NCBI GenBank assembly: GCA_965249175.1
Contig: OZ252227.1
Coordinates: 6,128,043-6,192,042 of the forward strand
Source of the DNA: Vicinamibacterales bacterium
Lineage (GTDB): Bacteria > Acidobacteriota > Vicinamibacteria > Vicinamibacterales > UBA8438
Reading direction: 5' to 3'
Length of the DNA: 64,000 nt
The notes below the pieces were generated by a model that saw only the letters and a list, made by a program, of their open reading frames with translations, ran no database searches and was not told the DNA's origin. A program made the translations under genes and the position numbers. Position 1 is the first letter of the stretch; every line of letters starts with the position of its first letter. Of this stretch, positions 27,925 to 38,029 are shown piece by piece.

Positions 27925-29715
27925 TTACGCTTTCACCGGCTCGGCCTGCGGTCCGTCCGCCTCACCCTGCATGATGAAGTCGGTCTTCGCGCCCGGCGCG
28001 CTGTATTCGTACGGCCCGCGGTGAGCGACGGGCGGCGTCAGGAAGTTGCCGTGCGGCGGCGGTGACGGCGCCTGCCATTCGAGCGTGGTGGCGTTCCAGG
28101 GGTTCTCGCCGACCTTCTTGCCCTTCTTGATGCTCCAGAAGAAGTTGAAGATGAAAAAGAGCTGGAAGAAGCCGAGCGTCCAGGCGCCCATCGAGATGAC
28201 GCTGTTCCAGACGAGGACGTCCTGGTTCATCGTGTAACCGATGCCGCCGTCGTACATGCGGCGGTTCATCCCCGACAATCCTTGGATGAACATCGGCATG
28301 AAGACGACGTTGATGGCAAGGAACGAGCCCCAGAAGTGGATCTTGCCGAGGACGTCGTTCATCAGGCGGCCGGTCGCTTTCGGGAACCAGTAGTAGACCC
28401 CGCCAAAGAGCGCGAGCAGCGTGCCGGGCGCCACCACGTAGTGGAAGTGTCCGATCACGTAGTAGGTGTCATGCAAATGGATGTCGGGTGGCGCGAGACC
28501 GAGCGGCAGACCGGTCAGGCCGCCGATGCCGAACATCGGCACGAACGCCAGCGCAAAGAGCATCGGCGTCGTGAAACGCATCGATGCACCGTACAGCGTG
28601 AGAAACATCGCCGAAAGAATCACGACCGACGGGATCGAGATGATCATCGTCGTCGTCTGGAAGAACGAGCTCATCGTCGTGCCCATGCCCGTGAGGAACA
28701 TGTGGTGCGCCCAGACGACGAACGACAGGAAGCCGAGGACGGTGATCGACGCCACGAGGACGCGGTAGCCCCAGATCGGCTTCCGGGTGTTGTTGGCAAG
28801 GATCTCCACCACGATTCCCATCGCCGGGAGGATCAAGACGTAGACCTCTGGATGTGCGAGGAACCAGAAGAGGTGTTGCCAGAGCAGCGGGCTCCCGCCG
28901 CCACTGAAGTCAGCTGGAGCGTCGGCGTAGACGAGACCGCTCGGCATGAAGAAGCTCGTGCCCACCAGTCGGTCCATGAGCTGTAGGATGCCCGCGACCT
29001 CGAGCGGCGGGAACGCCAGCAGCAGCAGGAACGCCGTGACGAGCTGCGCCCAGACAAAAAACGGCAGCCGCATGAAGCTGAGTCCAGGCGCGCGGAGCTG
29101 AATCGTCGTGACGATGAAGTTGACCGAGCCGAGGAGCGACGAGGTGATGAGAAAGATCATCCCCACCAGCCAGAGCGTCTGACCGGTCGTGGCGAACACC
29201 GACAGCGGCGCGTAGGACGTCCACCCCGAATTTGCCGCTCCGCCCGGTACGAAAAAGCTGGCAAACATCACGACGCCGCCCAGGAAGAACGACCAGTAGC
29301 TCGCCATGTTGAGCTTTGGGAACGCCATGTCGGGCGCGCCGATCTGGAGCGGCAGGACGAAGTTGCCGAAGCCGCCTACGGCGAGCGGGACGACCCCCAA
29401 GAAGACCATGATCGTGCCGTGCATGGCGCCGAGCTGGTTGTAGAACTCCGGCAGCATGATGCCGCCCGGGGCACGCGACTGGCCCAGGAACCCGCCGATG
29501 AGCGGAATCGGCTGGCCCGGATAGGCGATCTGCCAGCGCATCACCATCATCAAGCTGAAGCCGAACAGCAGGAAGAGCAGACCGGTGATGGCGTACTGGA
29601 TGCCGATCACCTTGTGGTCGAGCGAGAAGATGTACTGCCGCCAGAAGGACAGCTCCTCGTGCTCGTGTCCGTGCGCGGCGTGTGCAGCGTGCTCGGTCGT
29701 CGTCACGTCAGACAC
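27925..29715 (-). CDS. ctaD: Haem-copper oxidase subunit I
   Basis: 596 aa. DHKVIGIQYAITG, WQHLFWFLAHPEVYVLILP, HHMF, GHFHYV. GTG start with AAAGGAG upstream. Confidence 0.95.
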   Translation of the reverse strand: MSDVTTTEHAAHAAHGHEHEELSFWRQYIFSLDHKVIGIQYAITGLLFLLFGFSLMMVMRWQIAYPGQPIPLIGGFLGQSRAPGGIMLPEFYNQLGAMHGTIMVFLGVVPLAVGGFGNFVLPLQIGAPDMAFPKLNMASYWSFFLGGVVMFASFFVPGGAANSGWTSYAPLSVFATTGQTLWLVGMIFLITSSLLGSVNFIVTTIQLRAPGLSFMRLPFFVWAQLVTAFLLLLAFPPLEVAGILQLMDRLVGTSFFMPSGLVYADAPADFSGGGSPLLWQHLFWFLAHPEVYVLILPAMGIVVEILANNTRKPIWGYRVLVASITVLGFLSFVVWAHHMFLTGMGTTMSSFFQTTTMIISIPSVVILSAMFLTLYGASMRFTTPMLFALAFVPMFGIGGLTGLPLGLAPPDIHLHDTYYVIGHFHYVVAPGTLLALFGGVYYWFPKATGRLMNDVLGKIHFWGSFLAINVVFMPMFIQGLSGMNRRMYDGGIGYTMNQDVLVWNSVISMGAWTLGFFQLFFIFNFFWSIKKGKKVGENPWNATTLEWQAPSPPPHGNFLTPPVAHRGPYEYSAPGAKTDFIMQGEADGPQAEPVKA

Positions 29716-29862
29716 CGTCGTGACTCCTTTCGTGCCGTGTCACTGAGTGCCAGAACCCGCTCGTGTCGGGAACGCGTTCGGGGTCGGTCGTCGTTCGTCT
29801 GGACGGCAAAAAACCTCGGCGACCCGCTCAACTCGGCGGAATCGGCCGAAGCCGGGGGAATT

Positions 29863-30591
29863 CTATCCGTCGGGCACGGGTCGCGCAACCGCCGGCCCCA
29901 GCGCTCGGCGGGCGGTGCGTGTGACCAGCGCCGTCACCGCGATCGTGGCGACGAGACCGAGCAGCAGCACGCCGTAGTAGCCGGGCCCGCGGTCGGGCGC
30001 CGCGCCGCCCGCCAGACGCGCGACGTCGCCCGCAACGGCGCCGTAGTAGGTGTAGAGAAACGACCCGGGCAGCATCCCGAGCGACGCGACCAGGTAGTCC
30101 ACGAATCGGACCTTCGTGAGCCCCAGGGTGTAGTTGAGCAGGTTGAACGGAAAAACCGGAGACAGACGCAGCAGCAGGACAATCTTGCGCCCTTCGCGTC
30201 CGACCGCCGCATCGACCGCGGCAAACCGAGGGTTGCCTTCGAGGCGCTGCTCGATCATGTCTCGCGCCACGTACCGGGAGACAAGGAAGGCGAGGGATGC
30301 GCCAACGGTAGCCGCGGTAAAGACGTACACGACGCCGGGCCCGAGGCCGAAGACAGCTCCTGCGGCCAACGTCAGAGCGGAGCCGGGGACCAAGGCGACG
30401 GTTCCCATCACATACCCGGCCATGAAGACCACCGGGCCCCACGCACCGAGTCCATTGACCCACGCCTCGAACTCCGGGACGTACGGCCCGATCTGACGGC
30501 CGATCCCGCCCAGGGCAATGACCGCCACGATGCCGAAGAGGATGCGGCCGATCGGAAGGCGCTTCGCCGGTGCCGCAATGACGTCGTCCAT
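29863..30591 (-). CDS. TVP38/TMEM64 (DedA-related) membrane protein
   Basis: LVPGSALTLAAGAVFG...LLLRLSPVFPFNLLNYTLGLT, typical of the family. Confidence 0.85.
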   Translation of the reverse strand: MDDVIAAPAKRLPIGRILFGIVAVIALGGIGRQIGPYVPEFEAWVNGLGAWGPVVFMAGYVMGTVALVPGSALTLAAGAVFGLGPGVVYVFTAATVGASLAFLVSRYVARDMIEQRLEGNPRFAAVDAAVGREGRKIVLLLRLSPVFPFNLLNYTLGLTKVRFVDYLVASLGMLPGSFLYTYYGAVAGDVARLAGGAAPDRGPGYYGVLLLGLVATIAVTALVTRTARRALGPAVARPVPDG

Positions 30592-30816
30592 GCTCGTGTC
30601 CCGGTATCCCTGACGGGTATATCAGAGAAGCATAATGGGGCCACCGAGGGGTGTCATGCACGAATTCCTCGGCTACCGGATCGCGTAGGCACCACGCGCG
30701 ATCTGCGATACTCAGCCTAGTGACTCGCACCTACATCGCCGTCGTCGTGGTCGAAGTCGCCGTGCTCGCCGCCCTCTGGATCCTCTCCCAGCACTTCGCC
30801 CTGTAGCCTCACGGCC

Positions 30817-32499
30817 GTGCATCCACTCGACTGGGCCATCATCGCCGCCTACCTCGCCTGGGTCCTCTACGACGGCATCAGCCGGTCGAAGAACACACGC
30901 GAGCTAGAGGGCTATTTCCTGGCCTCGCGCTCGCTGCCATGGTGGGCCGCCGGCCTCTCGGTGATGGCGACACAGATGAGCGCCATCACGCTCGTATCGA
31001 CCACCGGGCAGGGGGCAACCGACGGCCTCCGCTTCGTTCAGCTCTACTTCGGGCTGCCGATCGCGATGATCATCCTGTCGGTCACGCTCGTGCCGTTCTT
31101 CCACCGGGCGAAGGTGTTCACGGCGTACGAATACCTCGAGCAGCGCTTCGATGCGAAGACGCGTGCGCTGGCCAGCCTGCTGTTCCTCGTCTCCCGCGGA
31201 CTGAGCGTGGGCGTGATCATCTCCGCCCCGGCGGTCATCCTGGCGATCGTGCTGGGACAGAGCTTGCCGTTGACCATCCTCGTCATCGCGAGCTCGACCA
31301 CCTTCTACACGATGTTCGGCGGCGTACAGGCGGTGGCCTGGGCCGACGTCAAGCAGATGGTCGTCATCATGGTCGGGGTGACGGCCGCCGTGGTCGCGCT
31401 CGTCGTCGGTTTGCCGGACGATGTCGGGGTTGAGCCGGCGCTGCACGTCGCCGGCGCCGTCGGCCGACTGCAGGCGATCGACTTCACCTTCGATCTGGAC
31501 GAGACCTACACCTTCTGGTCAGGGCTGGTGGGCGGCCTGTTCCTGATGCTTGGCTACTTTGGCACCGATCAGAGTCAGGTGCAGCGGTATCTGGCCGCGC
31601 GATCGGTCGACGGCGCCCGCCACTCGCTGTTGATGAGCGCCTTCGCCAAGATCCCGCTGCAGGTGCTGATCCTGCTGATGGGTGTCCTGGTCTTCTGCTT
31701 CTACTTGTTCACCGAGCCGCCGATGGTGTTCAACAGCGAGCACCGGGCACAGGTGGAGGCGAGCGACCGTGCCGGCGACTACGCGGCGCTCGACGACGAG
31801 TTTCGGTCGGCGTTCGAACGGCGCCGGGAACGCGCGACGGCTGTCGTCGCGGCCCGTCAGGCCGGTGACACCACCGCAGTCGCCACCGCGACCACCGCGT
31901 TCGTCGAGAGTGAACGACGCATGGAGGACGTGCGGGCGCGTGCCGCGACGCTGATCGAGGACGTGACCGGCGAAGGCACGACCGACGACGTGAACTACGT
32001 CTTCCCGACCTTCGTGACGAGCCAGTTGCCCATCGGTCTAGTCGGCCTGCTGATCGCCGCCATTTTCGCCGCCGCGATGTCGAGCGCCGCGGCGGAGCTG
32101 AACGCGCTCTCGACCGCGAGCGTCATCGATTTCTACCGGCGGCACTACCGGAAGGAGGCTTCCGACGCCCACTACCTCCGCGTCTCGAAGGTGGCGACCG
32201 GATTCTGGGGCCTGTTCGCGGCGGTGGCGGCGCTGTTCGCCACCAACCTCGGATCGCTCATCGAGGTGGTGAACCTGCTCGGCTCCTATTTCTACGGGTC
32301 GCTCCTCGGCGTGTTCGTCCTGGCGGTCGGGTTCCGCCGCGCGACGGCCGGCGACGCGTTCCGTGGGCTGATCGGCGGGATGTTGGCGGTCGGTTTCGTG
32401 GCGACGACGACGAACATCTCGTATCTCTGGTACAACCTGGTCGGCGTTGTGGCCGTCTGCCTCATCGGCGGCCTCCCCGGCCTCCGGCGATCGCCCTAA
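30817..32499 (+). CDS. Sodium:solute symporter (SSS) family transporter
   Basis: 560 aa, multi-[29 protein letters not shown] opening. GTG start. Confidence 0.88.
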   Translation: MHPLDWAIIAAYLAWVLYDGISRSKNTRELEGYFLASRSLPWWAAGLSVMATQMSAITLVSTTGQGATDGLRFVQLYFGLPIAMIILSVTLVPFFHRAKVFTAYEYLEQRFDAKTRALASLLFLVSRGLSVGVIISAPAVILAIVLGQSLPLTILVIASSTTFYTMFGGVQAVAWADVKQMVVIMVGVTAAVVALVVGLPDDVGVEPALHVAGAVGRLQAIDFTFDLDETYTFWSGLVGGLFLMLGYFGTDQSQVQRYLAARSVDGARHSLLMSAFAKIPLQVLILLMGVLVFCFYLFTEPPMVFNSEHRAQVEASDRAGDYAALDDEFRSAFERRRERATAVVAARQAGDTTAVATATTAFVESERRMEDVRARAATLIEDVTGEGTTDDVNYVFPTFVTSQLPIGLVGLLIAAIFAAAMSSAAAELNALSTASVIDFYRRHYRKEASDAHYLRVSKVATGFWGLFAAVAALFATNLGSLIEVVNLLGSYFYGSLLGVFVLAVGFRRATAGDAFRGLIGGMLAVGFVATTTNISYLWYNLVGVVAVCLIGGLPGLRRSP

Positions 32500-32511
32500 T
32501 CCAAGGGCTCC

Positions 32512-32541
32512 TTGCAACCGCGCGGCTCGAACGGGTAGGAT
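32512..32541 (+). promoter_or_regulatory. Possible sigma-70-type promoter of the suf operon
   Basis: TTGCAA (32512-32517), 18-nt spacer, TAGGAT (32536-32541). Confidence 0.3.
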
Positions 32542-32544
32542 TTG

Positions 32545-32569
32545 ATATCCGACTGATTTGGTCGGTGAT
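32545..32569 (+). promoter_or_regulatory. Rrf2/IscR type-1-like operator upstream of sufB
   Basis: ATATCCGACTGATTTGGTCGGTGAT matches 21 of 25 positions of the E. coli IscR type-1 consensus as I recall it (ATASYYGACTRWWWYAGTCRRSTAT). The core is CCGAC-N7-GTCGG. Confidence 0.45.
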
Positions 32570-32614
32570 CGAAACAAGGACACCCGAGCCGCATCCTGAG
32601 GGCCCAGCCCGTCT

Positions 32615-34057
32615 ATGCCTACGTCAACAAAGACCGTCGAAGAGCTCACGAATCAGGACTACAAGTACGGCTTCGTTACCGACATCGCCGCGGATGAGAT
32701 TCCGAAAGGGCTGAACGAGGACATCGTCAGGCTGATCTCGGCGAAAAAGAACGAGCCGGCGTGGCTGCTCGACTGGCGGCTGAAAGCGTTCCGCTTCTGG
32801 CAGACGATGGACGAGCCGGCGTGGCACAACGTCCACTTCCCGCCGATCGATTTCCAGGACGTCATCTACTATTCGGCACCGAAACAGCGGCCGAGCCTCG
32901 AGAGCCTCGACGACGTCGACCCCGAGATTAAAGCCACATTCGACAAGCTCGGCATCCCGCTGGAGGAGCAGAAGCTGATGTCTGGGGTCGCGGTCGACGC
33001 GGTCTTCGACTCGGTGTCGGTGGGCACGACGTTCAAGGACAAGCTCGCCGAGCTCGGTATCATCTTCTGTTCGTTCTCGGAGGCGGTCCAAGACCATCCC
33101 GAGCTGGTCCGCAAGTATCTCGGTACGGTCGTCCCCTCTTCCGACAACTACTACGCGGCGCTCAACTCGGCGGTCTTTAGCGACGGCTCGTTCGCCTACA
33201 TCCCGAAGGGCATCAAGTGCCCGATGGAGCTGTCGACCTATTTCCGGATCAATGCCGCACAGACCGGCCAGTTCGAGCGCACGCTGCTCGTCGCCGACGA
33301 AGGGGCCACCGTCAGTTACTTGGAGGGGTGCACGGCGCCGATGCGCGACGAGAACCAGCTGCATGCCGCCGTGGTGGAGCTCGTGGCGCTCGACGACGCG
33401 ACCATCAAGTACTCGACCGTGCAGAACTGGTATCCCGGCGATAAGGACGGGAAGGGCGGCATCTACAACTTCGTCACCAAGAGAGGCAGGGCGCTGACCA
33501 ACGCGAAGATCACCTGGACGCAGGTCGAGACCGGGTCAGCGATCACGTGGAAGTATCCGAGCTGCATTCTGCAAGGCGACAACTCGGTCGGGGAGTTCTA
33601 TTCGGTTGCCGTGACGAACAACCACCAGCAGGCGGACACCGGGACGAAGATGCTCCATCTGGGCAAGAACACGCGTAGCACCATCGTGTCGAAGGGTATT
33701 TCCGCGGGGCAGGGCCAGAACACGTATCGCGGGCTGGTGCGGATTGGCAAGAACGCCAAAGGGGCGCGCAACTTCTCGCAGTGTGACTCGCTGCTCATCG
33801 GCGATCGGTGCGGCGCACACACCTTCCCCTATCTCGATGTGCGCAACACGTCGTCACAGGTCGAGCACGAGGCGTCGACAGCGAAGATCGGAGAAGACCA
33901 GATCTTCTATTGCCGTCAGCGCGGTTTGTCGACCGAGGACGCGGTCAACATGATCGTGAACGGATTCTGCAGGGAAGTCTTTCGCGAGCTCCCGATGGAG
34001 TTCGCGGTCGAGGCGCAGAAACTGCTCGGCGTCAGCCTCGAGGGCAGCGTCGGGTAG
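32615..34057 (+). CDS. sufB: Fe-S cluster assembly protein SufB
   Basis: 480 aa. YKYGFVTDI..., [37 protein letters not shown]. Confidence 0.95.
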   Translation: MPTSTKTVEELTNQDYKYGFVTDIAADEIPKGLNEDIVRLISAKKNEPAWLLDWRLKAFRFWQTMDEPAWHNVHFPPIDFQDVIYYSAPKQRPSLESLDDVDPEIKATFDKLGIPLEEQKLMSGVAVDAVFDSVSVGTTFKDKLAELGIIFCSFSEAVQDHPELVRKYLGTVVPSSDNYYAALNSAVFSDGSFAYIPKGIKCPMELSTYFRINAAQTGQFERTLLVADEGATVSYLEGCTAPMRDENQLHAAVVELVALDDATIKYSTVQNWYPGDKDGKGGIYNFVTKRGRALTNAKITWTQVETGSAITWKYPSCILQGDNSVGEFYSVAVTNNHQQADTGTKMLHLGKNTRSTIVSKGISAGQGQNTYRGLVRIGKNAKGARNFSQCDSLLIGDRCGAHTFPYLDVRNTSSQVEHEASTAKIGEDQIFYCRQRGLSTEDAVNMIVNGFCREVFRELPMEFAVEAQKLLGVSLEGSVG

Positions 34058-34151
34058 CGCGTCGCTCTCTGCTCGGGGCCCAGGGCGTATGGCCTGGTCG
34101 CCCCTGAGCCCAAAGCCCTACAGCCCAAGAGCCGGGAGACATATCGTTCAC

Positions 34152-34913
34152 ATGCTCGAAGTCAAGAACCTACACGCCAGGGTCGGCGACCGCGACATCG
34201 ACATCCTCAAGGGCATCGACCTGTCAGTGCAGGCGGGCGAAGTGCACGCCATCATGGGCCCGAACGGTTCGGGCAAGAGCACGCTGGCCGCCGTCCTCGC
34301 CGGTCGCGACGAGTACGACGTCACCGAGGGGACGGTGACCTATCGCGGCCGCGACCTCCTCGCCATGGAGCCCGAGGAGCGCGCGCGCGAGGGGCTCTTT
34401 CTCGCGTTTCAGTACCCGGTCGAGATTCCTGGTGTCAACAACGCCTATCTCCTCAAGGCGGCGCTCAACGAGGTTCGGAAACATCGCGGTAAACCCGAGC
34501 TCGACGCCATGGACTTCATGACGCTGGTCAAGGAGCGGATGCAGACGCTCGAGTTCGATCAGAGCCTGATGAACCGTCCGGTCAACGAGGGCTTCTCGGG
34601 AGGCGAGAAGAAGCGGAACGAGATCTTCCAGATGGCCGTGCTCGAACCGAAGCTGGCCATCATGGACGAGACGGACTCGGGACTGGACATCGACGCGCTC
34701 AAGGTCGTGTCGCACGGGGTCAACGCGATGCGCACACCCGAGCGTGCGACCGTGATCGTGACGCACTACCAGCGGCTCCTCAACTACATCGTGCCCGACT
34801 ACGTGCACGTCCTCGCCGGCGGCCGTATCGTCAAGTCCGGCGGCAAGGAGCTGGCCCTCGAGCTCGAGGAGCGTGGCTACGGCTGGGTCGAGGACGAGAA
34901 GGTGAGCGCCTAG
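34152..34913 (+). CDS. sufC: Fe-S cluster assembly ATPase SufC
   Basis: From ATG 34152 (MLEVKNLH). GPNGSGKST, FSGGEKKRNEI, AIMDETDSGLD. Confidence 0.95.
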   Translation: MLEVKNLHARVGDRDIDILKGIDLSVQAGEVHAIMGPNGSGKSTLAAVLAGRDEYDVTEGTVTYRGRDLLAMEPEERAREGLFLAFQYPVEIPGVNNAYLLKAALNEVRKHRGKPELDAMDFMTLVKERMQTLEFDQSLMNRPVNEGFSGGEKKRNEIFQMAVLEPKLAIMDETDSGLDIDALKVVSHGVNAMRTPERATVIVTHYQRLLNYIVPDYVHVLAGGRIVKSGGKELALELEERGYGWVEDEKVSA

Positions 34914-34960
34914 CTGTTTTAGACGGCCTGGATCTCATGCCTATGGGTCAAGAGAGCTAG

Positions 34961-36331
34961 ATGGCAGTGACCGAGACGCGCGAGACGCGCGAGGCGGCGC
35001 TCGACGCTTATCACACCGCGTTTAAACGGGTCCAGCGTGACGCGGTCGGGCCCGCGCCGATCACCGACTTGCGGCGCGCCGCTTTCGACCGCTTTACCCA
35101 GCTGGGTCTGCCAACAACCAGGCTCGAGCCGTGGCGCTTCACGAACGTCGCGCCGATTGCGGCAACGACGTTCAGCCCCGCAGGGCCTGTCTCGGTGGCG
35201 GCCTCGGCGGCGTCGCCATTCATCACCCCCGTCGACGGCGACGCTCCGACCGTGGTTTTCGTCAACGGCCGCTACGCCCGCGAGCTGTCGACCGCGACCG
35301 AGCGGCCGTCGGACGTTCGGGTCGAGAGCCTCGCGGACGCCCTCATGTCGGACGCGGCCGGCGACGTGGAGCGCCATCTCACTTCCGCTGCCGCATTCGA
35401 CACGGAGGCGTTCACGGCGCTCAACACCGCACTGCTGCACGACGGGGTGGTGGTGCGCGTTCCCGACAACGTGGTCATCGAATCGCCAATCCAGCTCCTG
35501 TTTCTGACCGTGCCGCCGGGCGACCGCACCCCGGTCATGACGCACCCGCGTGTGCTGATCGTCGCCGGCGACAACGCCCAGGCCACGCTCGTCGAGAGCT
35601 ACGCCGGAGTTGGCGACGGCCCGTATTTCACCAACACGGTGACCGAGGTGATCGCCGGTGCACACGCGGTCATCGACCATTACAAGCTGGTCCGAGAGCA
35701 GCTCAACGCGTTTCATATCGCCAGCATGCATCTGCGGCTTCACCGTGCCGCGAGCTTCTCGTCGCACGCGATTACCCTCGGGGGCGGCCTCGTCCGCAAC
35801 GACGTCCAGGCCCACCTCGACGGCGAGGGGGTCGAATGCACGCTGAACGGGCTGTATCTCGCGAACGGTCGTCGGCTGGTGGACAACCACACGACGATTC
35901 GTCATGCCAAGCCACACTGCTCAAGTCACGAGCTGTACAAGGGCATCATCGGCGATCAGGCGCACGCCGTGTTCAACGGTAAGATCATCGTGGAGATCGA
36001 CGCGCAGAAGACCGACGCCAAGCAGACCAACAAGGCGCTGTTGCTGTCTGAGGACGCGCAGATCAACACGAAGCCGGAGCTGGAGATCTTCGCCGACGAC
36101 GTCAAGTGCACGCACGGCGCGACCGTGGGTCAGCTCGATGACGACGCGCTCTTTTACCTTCGCGCTCGCGGCTTGGGTCTCGCGCAGGCGCGCAATGTGC
36201 TGATCCACGCGTTTGCCAGCGACCTGCTGAACCATATCGGCATCGCGCCAATCCGCGCGATGCTCAACGGCCTGCTCCTCGACCAGTTGCCGGGTTCGGG
36301 CGGGGGCACGTTCTATGAGCAGCCCGGCTGA
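34961..36331 (+). CDS. sufD: Fe-S cluster assembly protein SufD
   Basis: 456 aa. C-terminal SufBD beta-helix (NKALLLSEDAQINTKPELEIFADDVKCTHGATVG). Confidence 0.9.
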   Translation: MAVTETRETREAALDAYHTAFKRVQRDAVGPAPITDLRRAAFDRFTQLGLPTTRLEPWRFTNVAPIAATTFSPAGPVSVAASAASPFITPVDGDAPTVVFVNGRYARELSTATERPSDVRVESLADALMSDAAGDVERHLTSAAAFDTEAFTALNTALLHDGVVVRVPDNVVIESPIQLLFLTVPPGDRTPVMTHPRVLIVAGDNAQATLVESYAGVGDGPYFTNTVTEVIAGAHAVIDHYKLVREQLNAFHIASMHLRLHRAASFSSHAITLGGGLVRNDVQAHLDGEGVECTLNGLYLANGRRLVDNHTTIRHAKPHCSSHELYKGIIGDQAHAVFNGKIIVEIDAQKTDAKQTNKALLLSEDAQINTKPELEIFADDVKCTHGATVGQLDDDALFYLRARGLGLAQARNVLIHAFASDLLNHIGIAPIRAMLNGLLLDQLPGSGGGTFYEQPG

Positions 36332-37580
36332 AGCATCCGCCCCGCCCGCGGCGCCGGCCTCGTTCGACGTCGAACGGATCCGACAGGATTTTCCCATCCT
36401 CCGTCGGCTCATCCGCGGCCACCCGCTCGTCTACCTCGACAGCGCCGCGACAACACAGAAGCCCCAGGCGGTGCTCGACGTCCTCGCGCGCTACTACGCC
36501 GAGGGCAACGCCAACATCCACCGCGGTGTCTACGTGCTGAGCGAGGAGGCGACGCAGGCGTACGATGCGGCACGGGAAAAAGTGCAGCGTTTTCTCAACG
36601 CCGCGTCGAGTCGGGAGATCGTCTTTACGCGCAACTCCACCGAGAGCATCAATCTGGTGGCGCAGAGCTTTGGCCGACAGAACGTCGCTCCAGGCGACGA
36701 GGTCCTCATCACCCACATGGAGCACCACTCGAACATCGTGCCGTGGCAGCTGCTGTGCGAGCAGGTCGGCGCCCGGCTCCGCGTCACCCCGATCGACGAC
36801 ACCGGTACGCTGCAGCTCGACGAAATGGAGCGGCTGATCGGTCCACGCACGCGCCTCGTGTCAGTCGTCCATCTGTCGAACTCGCTCGGCACCGTCAATC
36901 CGGTGCGTGAGATCGTCGACATGGCGCACCGTCGCAACGTGCCGGTGCTGATCGACGGATCCCAGGCGGTGTACCACATGCCGGTGGACGTCCAGGCGAT
37001 CGACTGCGACTTCTACGTCTGCACCGGGCACAAGCTCTACGGGCCGACGGGGATTGGCGTGCTGTATGGCCGAGAAGCGTGGCTCGAGCGGATGCCGCCC
37101 TATCAAGGGGGCGGCGACATGATCCGCTCGGTCACGTTCGACAAGACCACGTACGCCGACCTCCCGAACAAGTTCGAGGCCGGGACGCCCCACATCGCCG
37201 GAGCAGTCGGTCTCGGCGCCGCCGTTGACTACGTTCAGGCGATCGGGTTCGACCGTCTCGCGGCCCATGAGGCCGATCTGCTCGCCTACGGCACGGCAGC
37301 ACTGTCCGAGGTCAAGGGTCTGCGTCTGATCGGCACCGCGGCTCGGAAAGCGAGCATCCTGGCGTTTGTCATGAAAGGTGCGCACCCGCACGACGTCGGC
37401 ACTATCGTCGATACGGAGGGCGTGGCGATACGCACGGGGCACCATTGCACGCAGCCGGTCATGGAGCGGTTCGGGGTGCCGGCGACCGCACGCGCGTCGG
37501 TCGCCATGTACAACACACGCGCGGAGATCGACGCGCTGGTGCGCGCGCTCGAACGCGTGCGCGAGGTCTTTCCCGTATGA
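36315..37580 (+). CDS. sufS: Cysteine desulfurase SufS (class V aminotransferase)
   Basis: YLDSAATTQKP, HHSNIVPWQ, TGHKLYGPTGIGVLY (PLP Lys), RTGHHCTQP (catalytic Cys). Confidence 0.95.
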   Translation: MSSPAEASAPPAAPASFDVERIRQDFPILRRLIRGHPLVYLDSAATTQKPQAVLDVLARYYAEGNANIHRGVYVLSEEATQAYDAAREKVQRFLNAASSREIVFTRNSTESINLVAQSFGRQNVAPGDEVLITHMEHHSNIVPWQLLCEQVGARLRVTPIDDTGTLQLDEMERLIGPRTRLVSVVHLSNSLGTVNPVREIVDMAHRRNVPVLIDGSQAVYHMPVDVQAIDCDFYVCTGHKLYGPTGIGVLYGREAWLERMPPYQGGGDMIRSVTFDKTTYADLPNKFEAGTPHIAGAVGLGAAVDYVQAIGFDRLAAHEADLLAYGTAALSEVKGLRLIGTAARKASILAFVMKGAHPHDVGTIVDTEGVAIRTGHHCTQPVMERFGVPATARASVAMYNTRAEIDALVRALERVREVFPV

Positions 37581-38026
37581 GCGAGCTCCGCGATCTCTAT
37601 CAAGAGGTCATCCTCGACCACAACAAGCACCCGCATAACTTCGGCGAGCTCGACGGCGCCGACCGGCACGCCGACGGATACAACCCGCTGTGCGGTGACA
37701 AGCTGGCCGTGTACGTCAATCTCGACGGCGAGGTCATCAGCGACGTCAGCTTTCTCGGGTCTGGCTGCGCCATCTCGAAGGCGTCGGCGTCGTTGATGAC
37801 CGATGCGGTGAAGGGCAAGACGCTGAGCGAGGCCCGCGTGCTGTTCGAGCAATTCCTGCGGCTGGTGACCGATGACTCGGTCGACGTGGAGTCCGAGCCA
37901 ATGGGCAAGCTGGCCGTGTTCGGCGGCGTCCGCGAGTACCCGACGCGCGTCAAGTGCGCGAGCCTCGCGTGGCACACGTTGCGGGCCGCGGTCGAGGACG
38001 CGCACGACATCGTCACCACGGAGTGA
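37577..38026 (+). CDS. sufU: SUF-type Fe-S scaffold / sulfur acceptor SufU (IscU-like)
   Basis: From ATG 37577 (ATGA overlap with sufS). LYQEVILDHNKHPHNFG, NPLCGD, GSGCAIS, VKCASL. Confidence 0.9.
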   Translation: MSELRDLYQEVILDHNKHPHNFGELDGADRHADGYNPLCGDKLAVYVNLDGEVISDVSFLGSGCAISKASASLMTDAVKGKTLSEARVLFEQFLRLVTDDSVDVESEPMGKLAVFGGVREYPTRVKCASLAWHTLRAAVEDAHDIVTTE

Positions 38027-38029
38027 GCC

